A stretch of 64,000 nucleotides of DNA from an uncultured Bacteroidales bacterium (GCA_964605655.1 CAZSDK010000007.1:2084-66083); one strand, 5' to 3'; shown: positions 28,948-37,944, counted from the first letter of the stretch. Numbers and translations: made by a program. Notes: generated by a model not told the origin, from the sequence alone.

Positions 28948-30405
28948 ATGAAAAAGCTATATTTTCTCCTGACCGTCATTCTCCTGCTTCCCTTCACTCT
29001 TTCTGCACAAAATGAGGATGATGCCCTTCGTTACTCCTTTCTGACCTTCGGAGGGACAGCCCGCAGCCTGGGCCTTGCCGGTGCCTTCGGAGCCGTCGGG
29101 GCCGACTTCTCCACCCTCAGTACCAATCCCGCAGGTATTGGACTGTACAAGAGCTCTGAATTTACCTTCACGCCTTCTCTCTTCGCAGGCAAGTCGAGCA
29201 CCAACTTCGGAAAGACATACGAGGACCAGAGGTATAACTTTAATTTCAGCAATGTGGGCATGGTGCTGGCCTTTCCCGCCAATACCGAACTGACCCGTTC
29301 CGGATGGAAGTACTTCCAGTTTGGATTCGGTATCAACAGAAACCAGGATTACAACAACCGCATGGTCATCAACGGCGAGAACCACCAAAGCTCATTGCTC
29401 GATCAATGGGTGAAGCTGGCCAACGGGAAAGCCTGGGATGAGCTCGATGCTTTTGACGTGGACCTGGGATACTGGACCTACCTGATCAACCCGGATTCCG
29501 CTGCAGGTGAAAACCAGTGGTCGACGGCTGTTCCCGCGGGAGGACTGTTACAAAGAAAAGATATTGATGCCCGTGGTTCGATGAATGAATGGGTGTTTAC
29601 CCTGGGAGCCAACTATGACGACCGTCTGTATTTTGGCGCCACCCTGGGTTTCCCTTTTCTGAACTACCACGAGGAAAGCACCTACCAGGAAGAAGCCCTG
29701 GCAGACGTCATAGGAACAGACCAGTTCAGGAACTTCTCTTACCACCAGAACCTGGATGTCGACGGTTCCGGGGTCAACTTCAAGTTCGGGATGATTTTCA
29801 AACCCGTGGATTTCATCAGGATAGGTGCTGCCGTGCATACCCCCTCCTACTTTTACAATTTGCATGAGAACTATTCTTCCTCCGTCAATTCCGAATTTGA
29901 TGACGGAAAGACTTATACCAAGGACTCTCCGGAAGGAAAATACGATTACAAGCTGAACACCCCCATGAGAGCCATGGGTAATATAGCCTTCATTTTCGGG
30001 CAGTACGGACTGATCAGCGTGGACTATGAGTTTGTTGACTATTCTGAGTCCCGTTTTCGTTCATCCGATGCCGAGGTGTATTTCGATGTGAACGACGCCA
30101 TCAGGAACAAATATACCACGGCTTCCAACCTGAGGGTGGGAGGAGAATACCGCATCGACCAGTTCACCCTCAGGGGTGGCTATGCCTTGTATGGCAACCC
30201 CTTCAAATCGGGGATCAACGACTCTGAAAGGACTTCCTATTCTGGCGGCATTGGCATGAGGCAGGACAATTATTTTCTCGATTTTGCCTATGTGTACACC
30301 GGCTGGAAACAGGATTATTATATGTACAGCTCCAAGCTGGTGGGCCCCTCCAAAAACGAGTACAGCGCCCACAACTTCCTGATGACACTCGGGTTTAAAT
30401 TCTAA
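28948..30405 (+). CDS. FadL/TodX-like outer-membrane beta-barrel protein
   Basis: 485 aa with signal peptide MKKLYFLLTVILLLPFTLSAQ. The N-terminal segment GGTARSLGLAGAFGAVGADFSTLSTNPAGIG resembles FadL/PorV-type barrels. Alternating beta-strand pattern, with a C-terminal LMTLGFKF ending in Phe. Confidence 0.7.
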   Translation: MKKLYFLLTVILLLPFTLSAQNEDDALRYSFLTFGGTARSLGLAGAFGAVGADFSTLSTNPAGIGLYKSSEFTFTPSLFAGKSSTNFGKTYEDQRYNFNFSNVGMVLAFPANTELTRSGWKYFQFGFGINRNQDYNNRMVINGENHQSSLLDQWVKLANGKAWDELDAFDVDLGYWTYLINPDSAAGENQWSTAVPAGGLLQRKDIDARGSMNEWVFTLGANYDDRLYFGATLGFPFLNYHEESTYQEEALADVIGTDQFRNFSYHQNLDVDGSGVNFKFGMIFKPVDFIRIGAAVHTPSYFYNLHENYSSSVNSEFDDGKTYTKDSPEGKYDYKLNTPMRAMGNIAFIFGQYGLISVDYEFVDYSESRFRSSDAEVYFDVNDAIRNKYTTASNLRVGGEYRIDQFTLRGGYALYGNPFKSGINDSERTSYSGGIGMRQDNYFLDFAYVYTGWKQDYYMYSSKLVGPSKNEYSAHNFLMTLGFKF

Positions 30406-30428
30406 ATACGGGGACTTCATCCCTGAAA

Positions 30429-30466
30429 AGAGGGTGTCTCAAAACCGAGACACTCTCTTTTTTTTA
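30429..30466 (+). terminator. Rho-independent terminator after the barrel gene
   Basis: AGAGGGTGTCTC-AAAACC-GAGACACTCTCT hairpin followed by a T8 run. Confidence 0.8.
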
Positions 30467-30795
30467 GTTAAGCTTTTCCGATCACATTAGTTTTTGCTCA
30501 GGCCGCATGGCCTCGTCTTGGCGCCGCAAAGAGGGATTTCGCAGGCTCAACTTGCAGCGGGGTTCATACCTGTGATTTCGGCAAGATGCCGGTATTGATG
30601 AAGAGCGTAGCGGGACGCTACGCCCAACTTTTAGTGGCACAGAGCGCAGCTTGACGCTACGCCCAGCAGGGACTTCATCCACTTTCTTTATTTATTTTCT
30701 GTGTTAATAATTGATTCAAATCAAGACATGGGCTGGTTCACAATTAGCCTGATCGGTATTTGAACGGCAGCTTTTTTAATGATTCACAAAAAAAC

Positions 30796-30826
30796 TTGAC
30801 TTTAATAGAAAGAATCGTTATATTTG
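30796..30826 (+). promoter_or_regulatory. Bacteroidota-type promoter (-33 TTG plus -7 TATATTTG) for the Cys-rich small gene
   Basis: TATATTTG lies at 30819-30826, with TTG at 30796-30798 about 20 nt upstream. It is 55 nt upstream of ATG 30882. Confidence 0.5.
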
Positions 30827-30881
30827 ATGCATATTATTTTACAAGATACTTTTAAGAAATTGCATATTTAACATCTTGATT

Positions 30882-31274
30882 ATGAAAAGTTTTCAATAAT
30901 TAAGAATTGTATTTACAGCCGCATTTCTATTGATTTTTAATCAGTACATTTATTCTCAAGTACATTGTATTGGGATTGATGTTGAGGACGATTGCATAAC
31001 ATCATGTACAGCACCTATTAAATTTTGTGCACATGTATACTTAGGTGAGGGCGAAGATATTTGTATTGAGTATGCTTGTGACAGTGAGATACCAACAGGA
31101 ACCTTTTGGGTTTGTTTCCCAGTAGAGTGTAATCCAAGTTTTCCAAATGAGTACATTACTATTCTAATCTATACAAATGATGTTGATAGCGAAATATGTT
31201 GTATGGGAGAATATAATGGGCATGCACATTATTGGAATGAGGTATTTGATGTAACATTAGAAGATTGGCCATAA
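30882..31274 (+). pseudogene. small acidic Cys-rich secreted-protein gene with an in-frame TAA at codon 6 (or an intact gene using a non-ATG start such as TTG 30930)
   Basis: Reading from ATG 30882 gives MKSFQ-TAA-LRIVFTAAFLLIFNQYIYSQ|VHCIG..., a textbook signal peptide interrupted at 30897-30899. The track ORF (30930-31274) is the same frame. By my count the mature part has 10 Cys. Confidence 0.45.
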
Positions 31275-31275
31275 T

Positions 31276-33450
31276 GTGTTATTAATGAGTCTGTTGAAAA
31301 ATTGGCTTTTTCGAAATTTGGTTGTTTTCATTTTTAGTTTGTTTACTGGAACTTTGTTTTTCGGTACACTGCATTCCCAGACAGTCATTGAGTGGACCAA
31401 TCACACTGCGTATTCAAACATCACCTGCCTGCTGGAAACCAACACAGCTCTTCTGGCTGGCACCAACGGAGGAATCGTTGTCATCGACACCAGTTCTATC
31501 CAGGTTCAGTTTTACAACAAATCTATTTCAGGGCTCCCCACCAACGGGGTAAACTGCCTGGAAAAAGATCCGGCAGGAACCATCTGGATAGGGACTAAAT
31601 GCGGCCTCACCCAATGGCAGGGTAACAGTTGGTTCACTTTTACCCCACAGAACTCCATTCTGACAGTGAGCAACGTAAGTGCCTTAAAATACTCCTCAGT
31701 GCATAAAGCCTTGTTTGCCGGTCTTGAAGACGGTAATGTGCTGAAAATTGACAGCAACAATTGGAGCTACCTGGTCGATACTATTGGGAATAAGCCTCAG
31801 TCGCCTATTACTGATATAGAATCAGAACCAGACGGAAATATCTGGGCCGGTACCAGGTCAACGGGTGTTTACCTTTTTGATGGCATGGTTTGGCAGGTCT
31901 TTAACTCTTCCAACACCAGCATGTCAGATTTCATACGATCCATTGCAGTTGATCACAATGGAATCGTGTGGGTAGCCAATCCCATTATCTTGTGGAGTTT
32001 TGACGGAAATAACTGGACCAGTCATATTTCCGGTCCCTATATCAATGGTGGACTTGGTTATATGACGGTCGATTCATCAAACAACCTATGGATTTCCTCC
32101 TTAAACGGATTGAAAAAGTTTGACGGGAACTCCTGGAGCTATTATCAGGGAAATAACCTGTTTACCAGCCTTAAGGTGAACTGCCACCTGTTGCATGATC
32201 CCCAACATTTATGGGTTGCTATCTATCATAATGGATTGGAGAGGGTCGATGGTTCAACAATCTCCCATCTGCCACTTGAAAAAGGACTCATCTCGCAGGA
32301 GATCTGTGATATTGATTTTGATCCTATTGGACACACCACCTGGGTTGCGGTTAAATGGCAGGGTAAATTGGTTTACGCAAGCTTTTTCAACGACACAGTC
32401 TGGGATCATTTGACGGCATTGAATTCCCCATTGGCCACAGCCATTGTCAGTTCCATTGCCATCGATACCAATGCCACTCTTTACATAGGGACCACTGACC
32501 AAGGTCTGTACATACGACAGGGAAATGCCTGGTCCCATTATACCATGTCAAACAGCGGCCTTTGCAGTGATCAGATCACTACAGTATGCATAGACAAAAA
32601 TCAAAACCTGCTGATAGGTTCTTTGACAGGCAATGTACAATTACTACACAACCAGTTGTTTTTCAACCTAATACAAAGCCCATTGATTCATAACAAAATT
32701 AATCATTTCGAACCTGTTAACAGTAATGCATTTTGGGTGTCCACCGATTCAGCAGGACTAGTTTGGTGTGATTACAACTCCTTTTTAGTGTATAATACAG
32801 GGAATTCGGGGCTTCCGTCCGATCATGTGGAGCAATCCAGGACCGATACTGACGGAACCCTATGGATTGCAACTGACCAGGGCGTAGCAACTTATGACGG
32901 AATGAATTGGGTGATTTATAACACGCTTAACAGTGGCCTTCCGGACAATCAGACCACCTGTATCACTTTTGCTCCCGACTCAAGCGTTTGGATCGGTACC
33001 ATTCATGCAGGTGTTGCGGTGAAGGATGGTGCTACCTGGAGTAACTTCAGGGAATGTGAGACCGAGGTGAGCAGTGACTATATCCTGGCCATGGCTACCG
33101 GTCCTGACGGAAGAATCTACATTGGAACAACACATGGATTAAACATAGTGACGGTCGATAACATCACAATGGTCCCAACCAATACCTCTCCACAGGTCAA
33201 TGTCTTTCCAAATCCGTCCACTGGGCAGGTTACCATCACCGTTCGAGGAGCAGAGACAGAAACAGTGACCATGGATTTTTTCAACTCATTAGGCGGGTGT
33301 ATTCTTCATGAGGCTCTTGAATTGCATACCGACTCTGACGGGTTACAGAACGTTGAACTGAACATTAAAGCTCTTTCACCTGGATTGTACTTCTACAGGA
33401 TTTCCCGCCAGGAAAGCATCCACAATGGGAAACTGCTGTTGGTGAAGTGA
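31276..33450 (+). CDS. beta-propeller protein (two-component-regulator propeller-type repeats) with a T9SS type-A C-terminal sorting domain
   Basis: 724 aa with a signal peptide ending GTLHSQ. GLPxNxVxxIxxDxxGxIWIGT-type blades recur. The C-terminus VNVFPNPSTGQVTITV...GLYFYRISRQESIHNGKLLLVK fits the Por secretion tail. The start could instead be ATG 31285. Confidence 0.85.
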   Translation: MLLMSLLKNWLFRNLVVFIFSLFTGTLFFGTLHSQTVIEWTNHTAYSNITCLLETNTALLAGTNGGIVVIDTSSIQVQFYNKSISGLPTNGVNCLEKDPAGTIWIGTKCGLTQWQGNSWFTFTPQNSILTVSNVSALKYSSVHKALFAGLEDGNVLKIDSNNWSYLVDTIGNKPQSPITDIESEPDGNIWAGTRSTGVYLFDGMVWQVFNSSNTSMSDFIRSIAVDHNGIVWVANPIILWSFDGNNWTSHISGPYINGGLGYMTVDSSNNLWISSLNGLKKFDGNSWSYYQGNNLFTSLKVNCHLLHDPQHLWVAIYHNGLERVDGSTISHLPLEKGLISQEICDIDFDPIGHTTWVAVKWQGKLVYASFFNDTVWDHLTALNSPLATAIVSSIAIDTNATLYIGTTDQGLYIRQGNAWSHYTMSNSGLCSDQITTVCIDKNQNLLIGSLTGNVQLLHNQLFFNLIQSPLIHNKINHFEPVNSNAFWVSTDSAGLVWCDYNSFLVYNTGNSGLPSDHVEQSRTDTDGTLWIATDQGVATYDGMNWVIYNTLNSGLPDNQTTCITFAPDSSVWIGTIHAGVAVKDGATWSNFRECETEVSSDYILAMATGPDGRIYIGTTHGLNIVTVDNITMVPTNTSPQVNVFPNPSTGQVTITVRGAETETVTMDFFNSLGGCILHEALELHTDSDGLQNVELNIKALSPGLYFYRISRQESIHNGKLLLVK

Positions 33451-33471
33451 GAGGGAGTCTATAGTTTTCCC

Positions 33472-33479
33472 TATCTTTG
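33472..33479 (+). promoter_or_regulatory. -7 promoter box immediately upstream of ccmB
   Basis: TATCTTTG ends only 6 nt before ATG 33486, which implies a very short leader or none. Confidence 0.35.
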
Positions 33480-33485
33480 CCCGGT

Positions 33486-34139
33486 ATGAAGATCGTTCAA
33501 CACCTGGTAAAAAAAGATATCTTGCTCGAATGGAAGCAGAAGTATGCCATCAACGGTATTCTCCTGTATATCGTCTCCACTATCTTTTTATGTTCCCTTG
33601 CTTTTGAAGGACTGCTGGAACCACGCACCTGGAACGCCCTGTTCTGGGTAGTGCTGTTGTTTGCCGCGGTGAACGCCATCTCCAAAAGCTTTGTACAGGA
33701 AAGTCCGGGCCGGCAGATCTACTACTATTCCCTGGCCCGTCCGCAGGATATCATCCTGGCTAAGATCATTTACAACATCCTGTTAATGATCGTATTATCC
33801 ATCCTGTTCTTTGTCATCTTCACGCTTTTTCTCGGAAACTTCGTCAGCAACCCCGGCTTGTTCTTTCTTTCATTCCTCATCGGAAGCGCCGGCCTGGCTT
33901 CGCTGTTCACCATGATCTCAGCCATTGCCTCCCGCACCAGCAACAACTTCTCCCTCATGGCGATACTCGGGTTTCCCATCATCCTGCCCCTGCTCCTGCT
34001 GCTTATCAAGATCTCGAGGATTGCACTCAACACTTCGGGATGGGAAGGGACAGGCGGGCTGATCTTTGCCATGGCAGGCATCAATGTGGTCATCATTGTG
34101 CTGTCTTACCTGCTTTTTCCCTACCTCTGGAGAGATTAA
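33486..34139 (+). CDS. ccmB: heme exporter permease CcmB
   Basis: About 217 aa from ATG 33486 (MKIVQHLVKKDILLEWKQK). Polytopic membrane protein of the CcmB length and pattern, in a tight array with ccmC, ccmD and ccmE. Confidence 0.75.
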   Translation: MKIVQHLVKKDILLEWKQKYAINGILLYIVSTIFLCSLAFEGLLEPRTWNALFWVVLLFAAVNAISKSFVQESPGRQIYYYSLARPQDIILAKIIYNILLMIVLSILFFVIFTLFLGNFVSNPGLFFLSFLIGSAGLASLFTMISAIASRTSNNFSLMAILGFPIILPLLLLLIKISRIALNTSGWEGTGGLIFAMAGINVVIIVLSYLLFPYLWRD

Positions 34140-34171
34140 GGCAAAGAGTACCTGAATCCTGAAAATCTTTT

Positions 34172-34179
34172 TACCTTTG
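34172..34179 (+). promoter_or_regulatory. -7 promoter box upstream of ccmC
   Basis: TACCTTTG lies 17 nt upstream of ATG 34197. Confidence 0.35.
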
Positions 34180-34196
34180 CACCCCAATTTCAAGGT

Positions 34197-34883
34197 ATGG
34201 ATCCCTTTGTCAAGCTATTAAAAACGCACTGGTGGAAAGCGCTGGGAGTGCTTCTGCTGACCTATGTGATCATAGCCGGCTTCCTGATCCCTGTGCCACC
34301 CCTGGGCATCATCAGGGAAAGCATCCGTAACCTGTTCTTTCATGTGTGCATGTGGTTCAGCATGATCTTCTATTTCGGGACCTCCATGGTATACAGCATC
34401 AAGTTCCTTTCATCCTTCAGGGAAGAATACGATGATGTCGCCAACGAGGCCTCCCATGTGGGTTTGCTGTTTGGTGCCATGGGTATTGTCACCGGAATGA
34501 TCTGGGCCAACTTTACCTGGGGAAAACCCTGGGTGAACGACCCCCAGCTGAACGGTGCCGCCGTTTGTATGCTCGTTTACCTGGCCTACAGGGTATTAAG
34601 AAATTCACTCGATGAATCTCATAAAAGAGCCACTGTATCAGCCGTTTACAACATATTCGCCTTCGTCATCCTCATCATCTTTCTCTTTATCCTGCCGCGT
34701 ACTGCCGAAGGGTCGCTTCACCCCGGAAAAGGAGGCGATGAATCGATGACGGTAAAAGGCCTCGACAATACCATGAGGCTGGTTTTCTACCCGGCTATCA
34801 TCGGATGGATCCTTCTGGGAGGTTGGATATTGAACCTCAGGCTGAGAATAAGAAAAGTTAAGAATCATCTGCTATCAAGCTGA
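34197..34883 (+). CDS. ccmC: heme exporter/heme-handling protein CcmC
   Basis: 228 aa polytopic membrane protein with the Trp-rich WWD-type motif WANFTWGKPWVNDPQLNG and conserved His-containing loops. Confidence 0.85.
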   Translation: MDPFVKLLKTHWWKALGVLLLTYVIIAGFLIPVPPLGIIRESIRNLFFHVCMWFSMIFYFGTSMVYSIKFLSSFREEYDDVANEASHVGLLFGAMGIVTGMIWANFTWGKPWVNDPQLNGAAVCMLVYLAYRVLRNSLDESHKRATVSAVYNIFAFVILIIFLFILPRTAEGSLHPGKGGDESMTVKGLDNTMRLVFYPAIIGWILLGGWILNLRLRIRKVKNHLLSS

Positions 34884-34889
34884 CATATC

Positions 34890-35027
34890 ATGGAAAAGGA
34901 AAGTTTAATGTTTGTCGTGATCACCGTCCTACTGGTCATTTTTACAGGTATCGTCGTGTACCTGGCCACCATGGACCGGCGTATCCGCAGAATGGAGAAA
35001 GAACTGAAGAACAGGGAAAGAAAATAA
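34890..35027 (+). CDS. ccmD: CcmD-family small membrane protein (45 aa, below the ORF-track cutoff)
   Basis: Hand-translated as MEKESLMFVVITVLLVIFTGIVVYLATMDRRIRRMEKELKNRERK: one TM followed by a basic tail. It fits exactly between ccmC (ends 34883) and ccmE (starts 35029). Confidence 0.7.
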   Translation: MEKESLMFVVITVLLVIFTGIVVYLATMDRRIRRMEKELKNRERK

Positions 35028-35028
35028 C

Positions 35029-35460
35029 ATGAAAACAACTGTCATCCTGATCATCCTCGTCATTGCCGTGATCCTCGGCGTGATCATCAGCACCTTTACC
35101 AATACCAGCACCTATTCCGATTTCGCCGAAGCGAGGAAATATACCGGAAAAGAATTTCATATCATCGGCAAACTCGACACCACCGAACCCATCATCTACG
35201 ACACCAAGGTGAATGCCAACCAGTTTACTTTCTATATGACCGACAACAAAGGTGAAAAGAGAAGGGTGGTTTACAACAACAACAAACCTCAGGACTTCGA
35301 AAAATCAGAACAGGTGGTGGTGGTCGGCAAGATCGAAGGCAATGACTTTAAGGCCAGCAGCTTACTGCTCAAATGTCCTTCCAAATACAACAAGCAAAAC
35401 AAACCGGCCTCGTTCGGTGATACTGAATTCAAAGGCGGGCAGGCACCTGCTGCCCAATAA
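35029..35460 (+). CDS. ccmE: cytochrome c maturation heme chaperone CcmE, Cys-type (CxxxY) variant
   Basis: 143 aa. N-terminal membrane anchor and an OB-fold-length body. The heme-attachment position reads LLLKCPSKY (Cys codon at 35374-35376) rather than the classical HxxxY. Confidence 0.85.
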   Translation: MKTTVILIILVIAVILGVIISTFTNTSTYSDFAEARKYTGKEFHIIGKLDTTEPIIYDTKVNANQFTFYMTDNKGEKRRVVYNNNKPQDFEKSEQVVVVGKIEGNDFKASSLLLKCPSKYNKQNKPASFGDTEFKGGQAPAAQ

Positions 35461-35488
35461 AACTTAAAACCCGGGTAATTTTTTCCCC

Positions 35489-37879
35489 ATGTGGACCCTA
35501 CTTGTAAGATTTATCCTTCGTAACCGCCTCGGTATCCTCATTGCCATCGGGCTGATTACGATTGGTATGGGATATATGGCCACCAAGGTGGAATTGTCAT
35601 ATGAGATGGCCAGGGTGTTGCCTCAGACCGATTCGACGAGCATCAAGTACGAGCAGTTCAAGAAGCAGTTCGGAGAGGACGGGAGCGTTTTATTTATCGG
35701 AATACAGGATCCCAGGCTGTTTTCCCTGAAATTCTTCAACGACTGGTACGATCTGACTTACCAACTCAGGGAACAGGACGGGATAGAAGAGGTCGTCAGC
35801 ATCACCAGGCTCTACCAACTGGTTCGCAACGACAGCACCCATAAATTCGATTTCAAGCCCGTCATCGACCGGAAACCTGTCAACCAGACAGAACTCGACA
35901 GCATTAAAAGAAAAATTTATTCCCTTCCCTTCTATGAAGGGCTGGTCTTCAATAAAGAGACCCATGCCACCCTGATGGCGGTGACCCTCGACAAGACCAA
36001 ACTGAATTCCAAGAGCCGGGTAGGACTGATCCAGTCGATCAAAGAAAAGACGGATGCCTTTGCAAAAGCCAACCAGGTGACGGTCCATTATTCCGGGCTG
36101 CCCTACATCAGGACGCAGGTGTCGCAGAAAGTGCAGCATGAGCTGATCATCTTTGTGCTGCTGGCGCTGGTCGTCGCTTCCCTGGTGCTGTTCTTCTTCT
36201 TCAGGTCTTTCAAAGCCGTGATCTTCCCCATGTTCATCGTGCTGATCGCCCTGATCTGGGCTATGGGAATCATCGCCTTGTTCGGATACAAGATCACCAT
36301 TCTCACCGGCATCATCCCCCCTTTGATGATCATCATCGTAGTGGAGAACTGCATCTTCCTTCTCAACAAATTCCATTACGAATACAAGAGCCACCGCAAC
36401 AAGGTAAAGGCATTATCCAGGATCGTTCAGAGGGTAGGCTACGCCACACTGATGACCAACCTGGCAACTGCCACGGGGTTTGCCTCTTTTATTGAGACCC
36501 GTAACAAGCTGCTGGTGGAGTTCGGCATTGTGTCTTCCCTCAACATCATGGTGGTCTTTATTCTCACCCTTTTCCTCATCCCTATCTTTTTCAGTTATCT
36601 TGACCCACCCAAGACAAGACACACCCGTCACCTGGAAAACAAATACACCCTCGGGATTCTTGAAAAAGTGGTCACCCTCGTACAGCACCGCCGCCGCCCT
36701 ATTTATGTGATCTCTCTCCTGGTGACCGTCGTAGGCATCGTGGGAGTGCTCAAACTTAAAACCTCAGGAAATGTAGTGGATGACGTACCAAAACGGGACC
36801 CTCTGTATGTCGACCTGATGTTCTTTGAAAAACAATTCAAGGGTATCCTTCCTTTCGAGATCAGCATCGACACCCAAAAGAAGAAAGGGGTGCTTCAGCT
36901 TAGCACCATACAGAAAATCAATGATCTGCAGGACACACTTAGCAAGTACCCCGAATTTTCCCAGCCCTTGTCCGTAGCAGAGGTGGTCAAGTTCGCCAAG
37001 CAGGCCTATTATAATGGTAACGACAGCATGTACCTTCTCCCCAACAACCAGGAGAAGAACTTCATACTCAGTTATGTGCCTATTAAAAAGAACTCCAAAA
37101 AGACCCTGCTGAATTCTTTTATCGACACCAACCTGCAGATCACCCGTATCAGCGTTCAGATGGCCAACCTGGGCACCAATGAGATCCAGCGGATCAAAGA
37201 CCGGCTGAAACCCGCCATTGATTCCATTTTCCCAAAAGACAAATATAAGGTGGAGATGACAGGGACCAGCGTGGTATTCCTTCAGGGAACCAATTACCTG
37301 GTAAAGAACCTGATGACTTCACTCATCCTGGCCATCATCACCATCGCCCTTCTGCTCGCTTTGCTGCTCAATTCCACCAAGATGGTGATCATCTCACTGA
37401 TACCCAACCTATTACCACAACTACTTACCGCAGCACTGATGGGATACCTGGGTATCTTCATCAAACCATCCACCATCCTCATTTTCAGCATTGCCCTTGG
37501 AATCTCAGTTGATAACGCCATACAGTATCTCTCGAGATACCGGCTCCACCTGCATCAGACCAACTGGAACATCAGGGAGTCAGTGGTGGCTGCCCTGAGG
37601 GAGACGGGTTACAGCATGATCTATTCATCCACCGTTCTTTTCCTGGGTTTTGCCATGTTCTCGCTGAGTTCTTTCGGAGGCACCCAGGCCATGGGATTCC
37701 TGATATCCTTTACGTTGTTGGTGGCCGTACTTTCCAATCTCTTCCTGCTGCCGTCCCTGCTTCTATCGTTGGACAAGTTCACCACACGCGATTTCAACGA
37801 GCCCTTGCTGGATATACTGGAAGAGGAAGGGGAAGATCCCGAATTGTCACCCCGGGAATTAAAGAATAAATCTTCCTAG
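35489..37879 (+). CDS. RND-superfamily/MMPL-type exporter (two 6-TM bundles with two large periplasmic loops)
   Basis: 796 aa with a duplicated architecture of periplasmic domain plus TM bundle ([22 protein letters not shown] and [22 protein letters not shown]). The substrate is unknown. Confidence 0.8.
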   Translation: MWTLLVRFILRNRLGILIAIGLITIGMGYMATKVELSYEMARVLPQTDSTSIKYEQFKKQFGEDGSVLFIGIQDPRLFSLKFFNDWYDLTYQLREQDGIEEVVSITRLYQLVRNDSTHKFDFKPVIDRKPVNQTELDSIKRKIYSLPFYEGLVFNKETHATLMAVTLDKTKLNSKSRVGLIQSIKEKTDAFAKANQVTVHYSGLPYIRTQVSQKVQHELIIFVLLALVVASLVLFFFFRSFKAVIFPMFIVLIALIWAMGIIALFGYKITILTGIIPPLMIIIVVENCIFLLNKFHYEYKSHRNKVKALSRIVQRVGYATLMTNLATATGFASFIETRNKLLVEFGIVSSLNIMVVFILTLFLIPIFFSYLDPPKTRHTRHLENKYTLGILEKVVTLVQHRRRPIYVISLLVTVVGIVGVLKLKTSGNVVDDVPKRDPLYVDLMFFEKQFKGILPFEISIDTQKKKGVLQLSTIQKINDLQDTLSKYPEFSQPLSVAEVVKFAKQAYYNGNDSMYLLPNNQEKNFILSYVPIKKNSKKTLLNSFIDTNLQITRISVQMANLGTNEIQRIKDRLKPAIDSIFPKDKYKVEMTGTSVVFLQGTNYLVKNLMTSLILAIITIALLLALLLNSTKMVIISLIPNLLPQLLTAALMGYLGIFIKPSTILIFSIALGISVDNAIQYLSRYRLHLHQTNWNIRESVVAALRETGYSMIYSSTVLFLGFAMFSLSSFGGTQAMGFLISFTLLVAVLSNLFLLPSLLLSLDKFTTRDFNEPLLDILEEEGEDPELSPRELKNKSS

Positions 37880-37944
37880 AACGCCGACTGCTGCCGGGTA
37901 ACTTTATTTTTCTGTTACGTATAACCCGGTGTTACCCCAATGCT

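Noticed and set aside
30482-30682. 66-aa minus-strand ORF in the GC-rich intergenic module.
   Set aside because: Its sequence (RSVPLKVGRSVPLRSS...) is generated by the nucleotide direct repeat. It is Arg/Ser/Pro-rich and has no start context or promoter. I treat it as non-coding structure instead.
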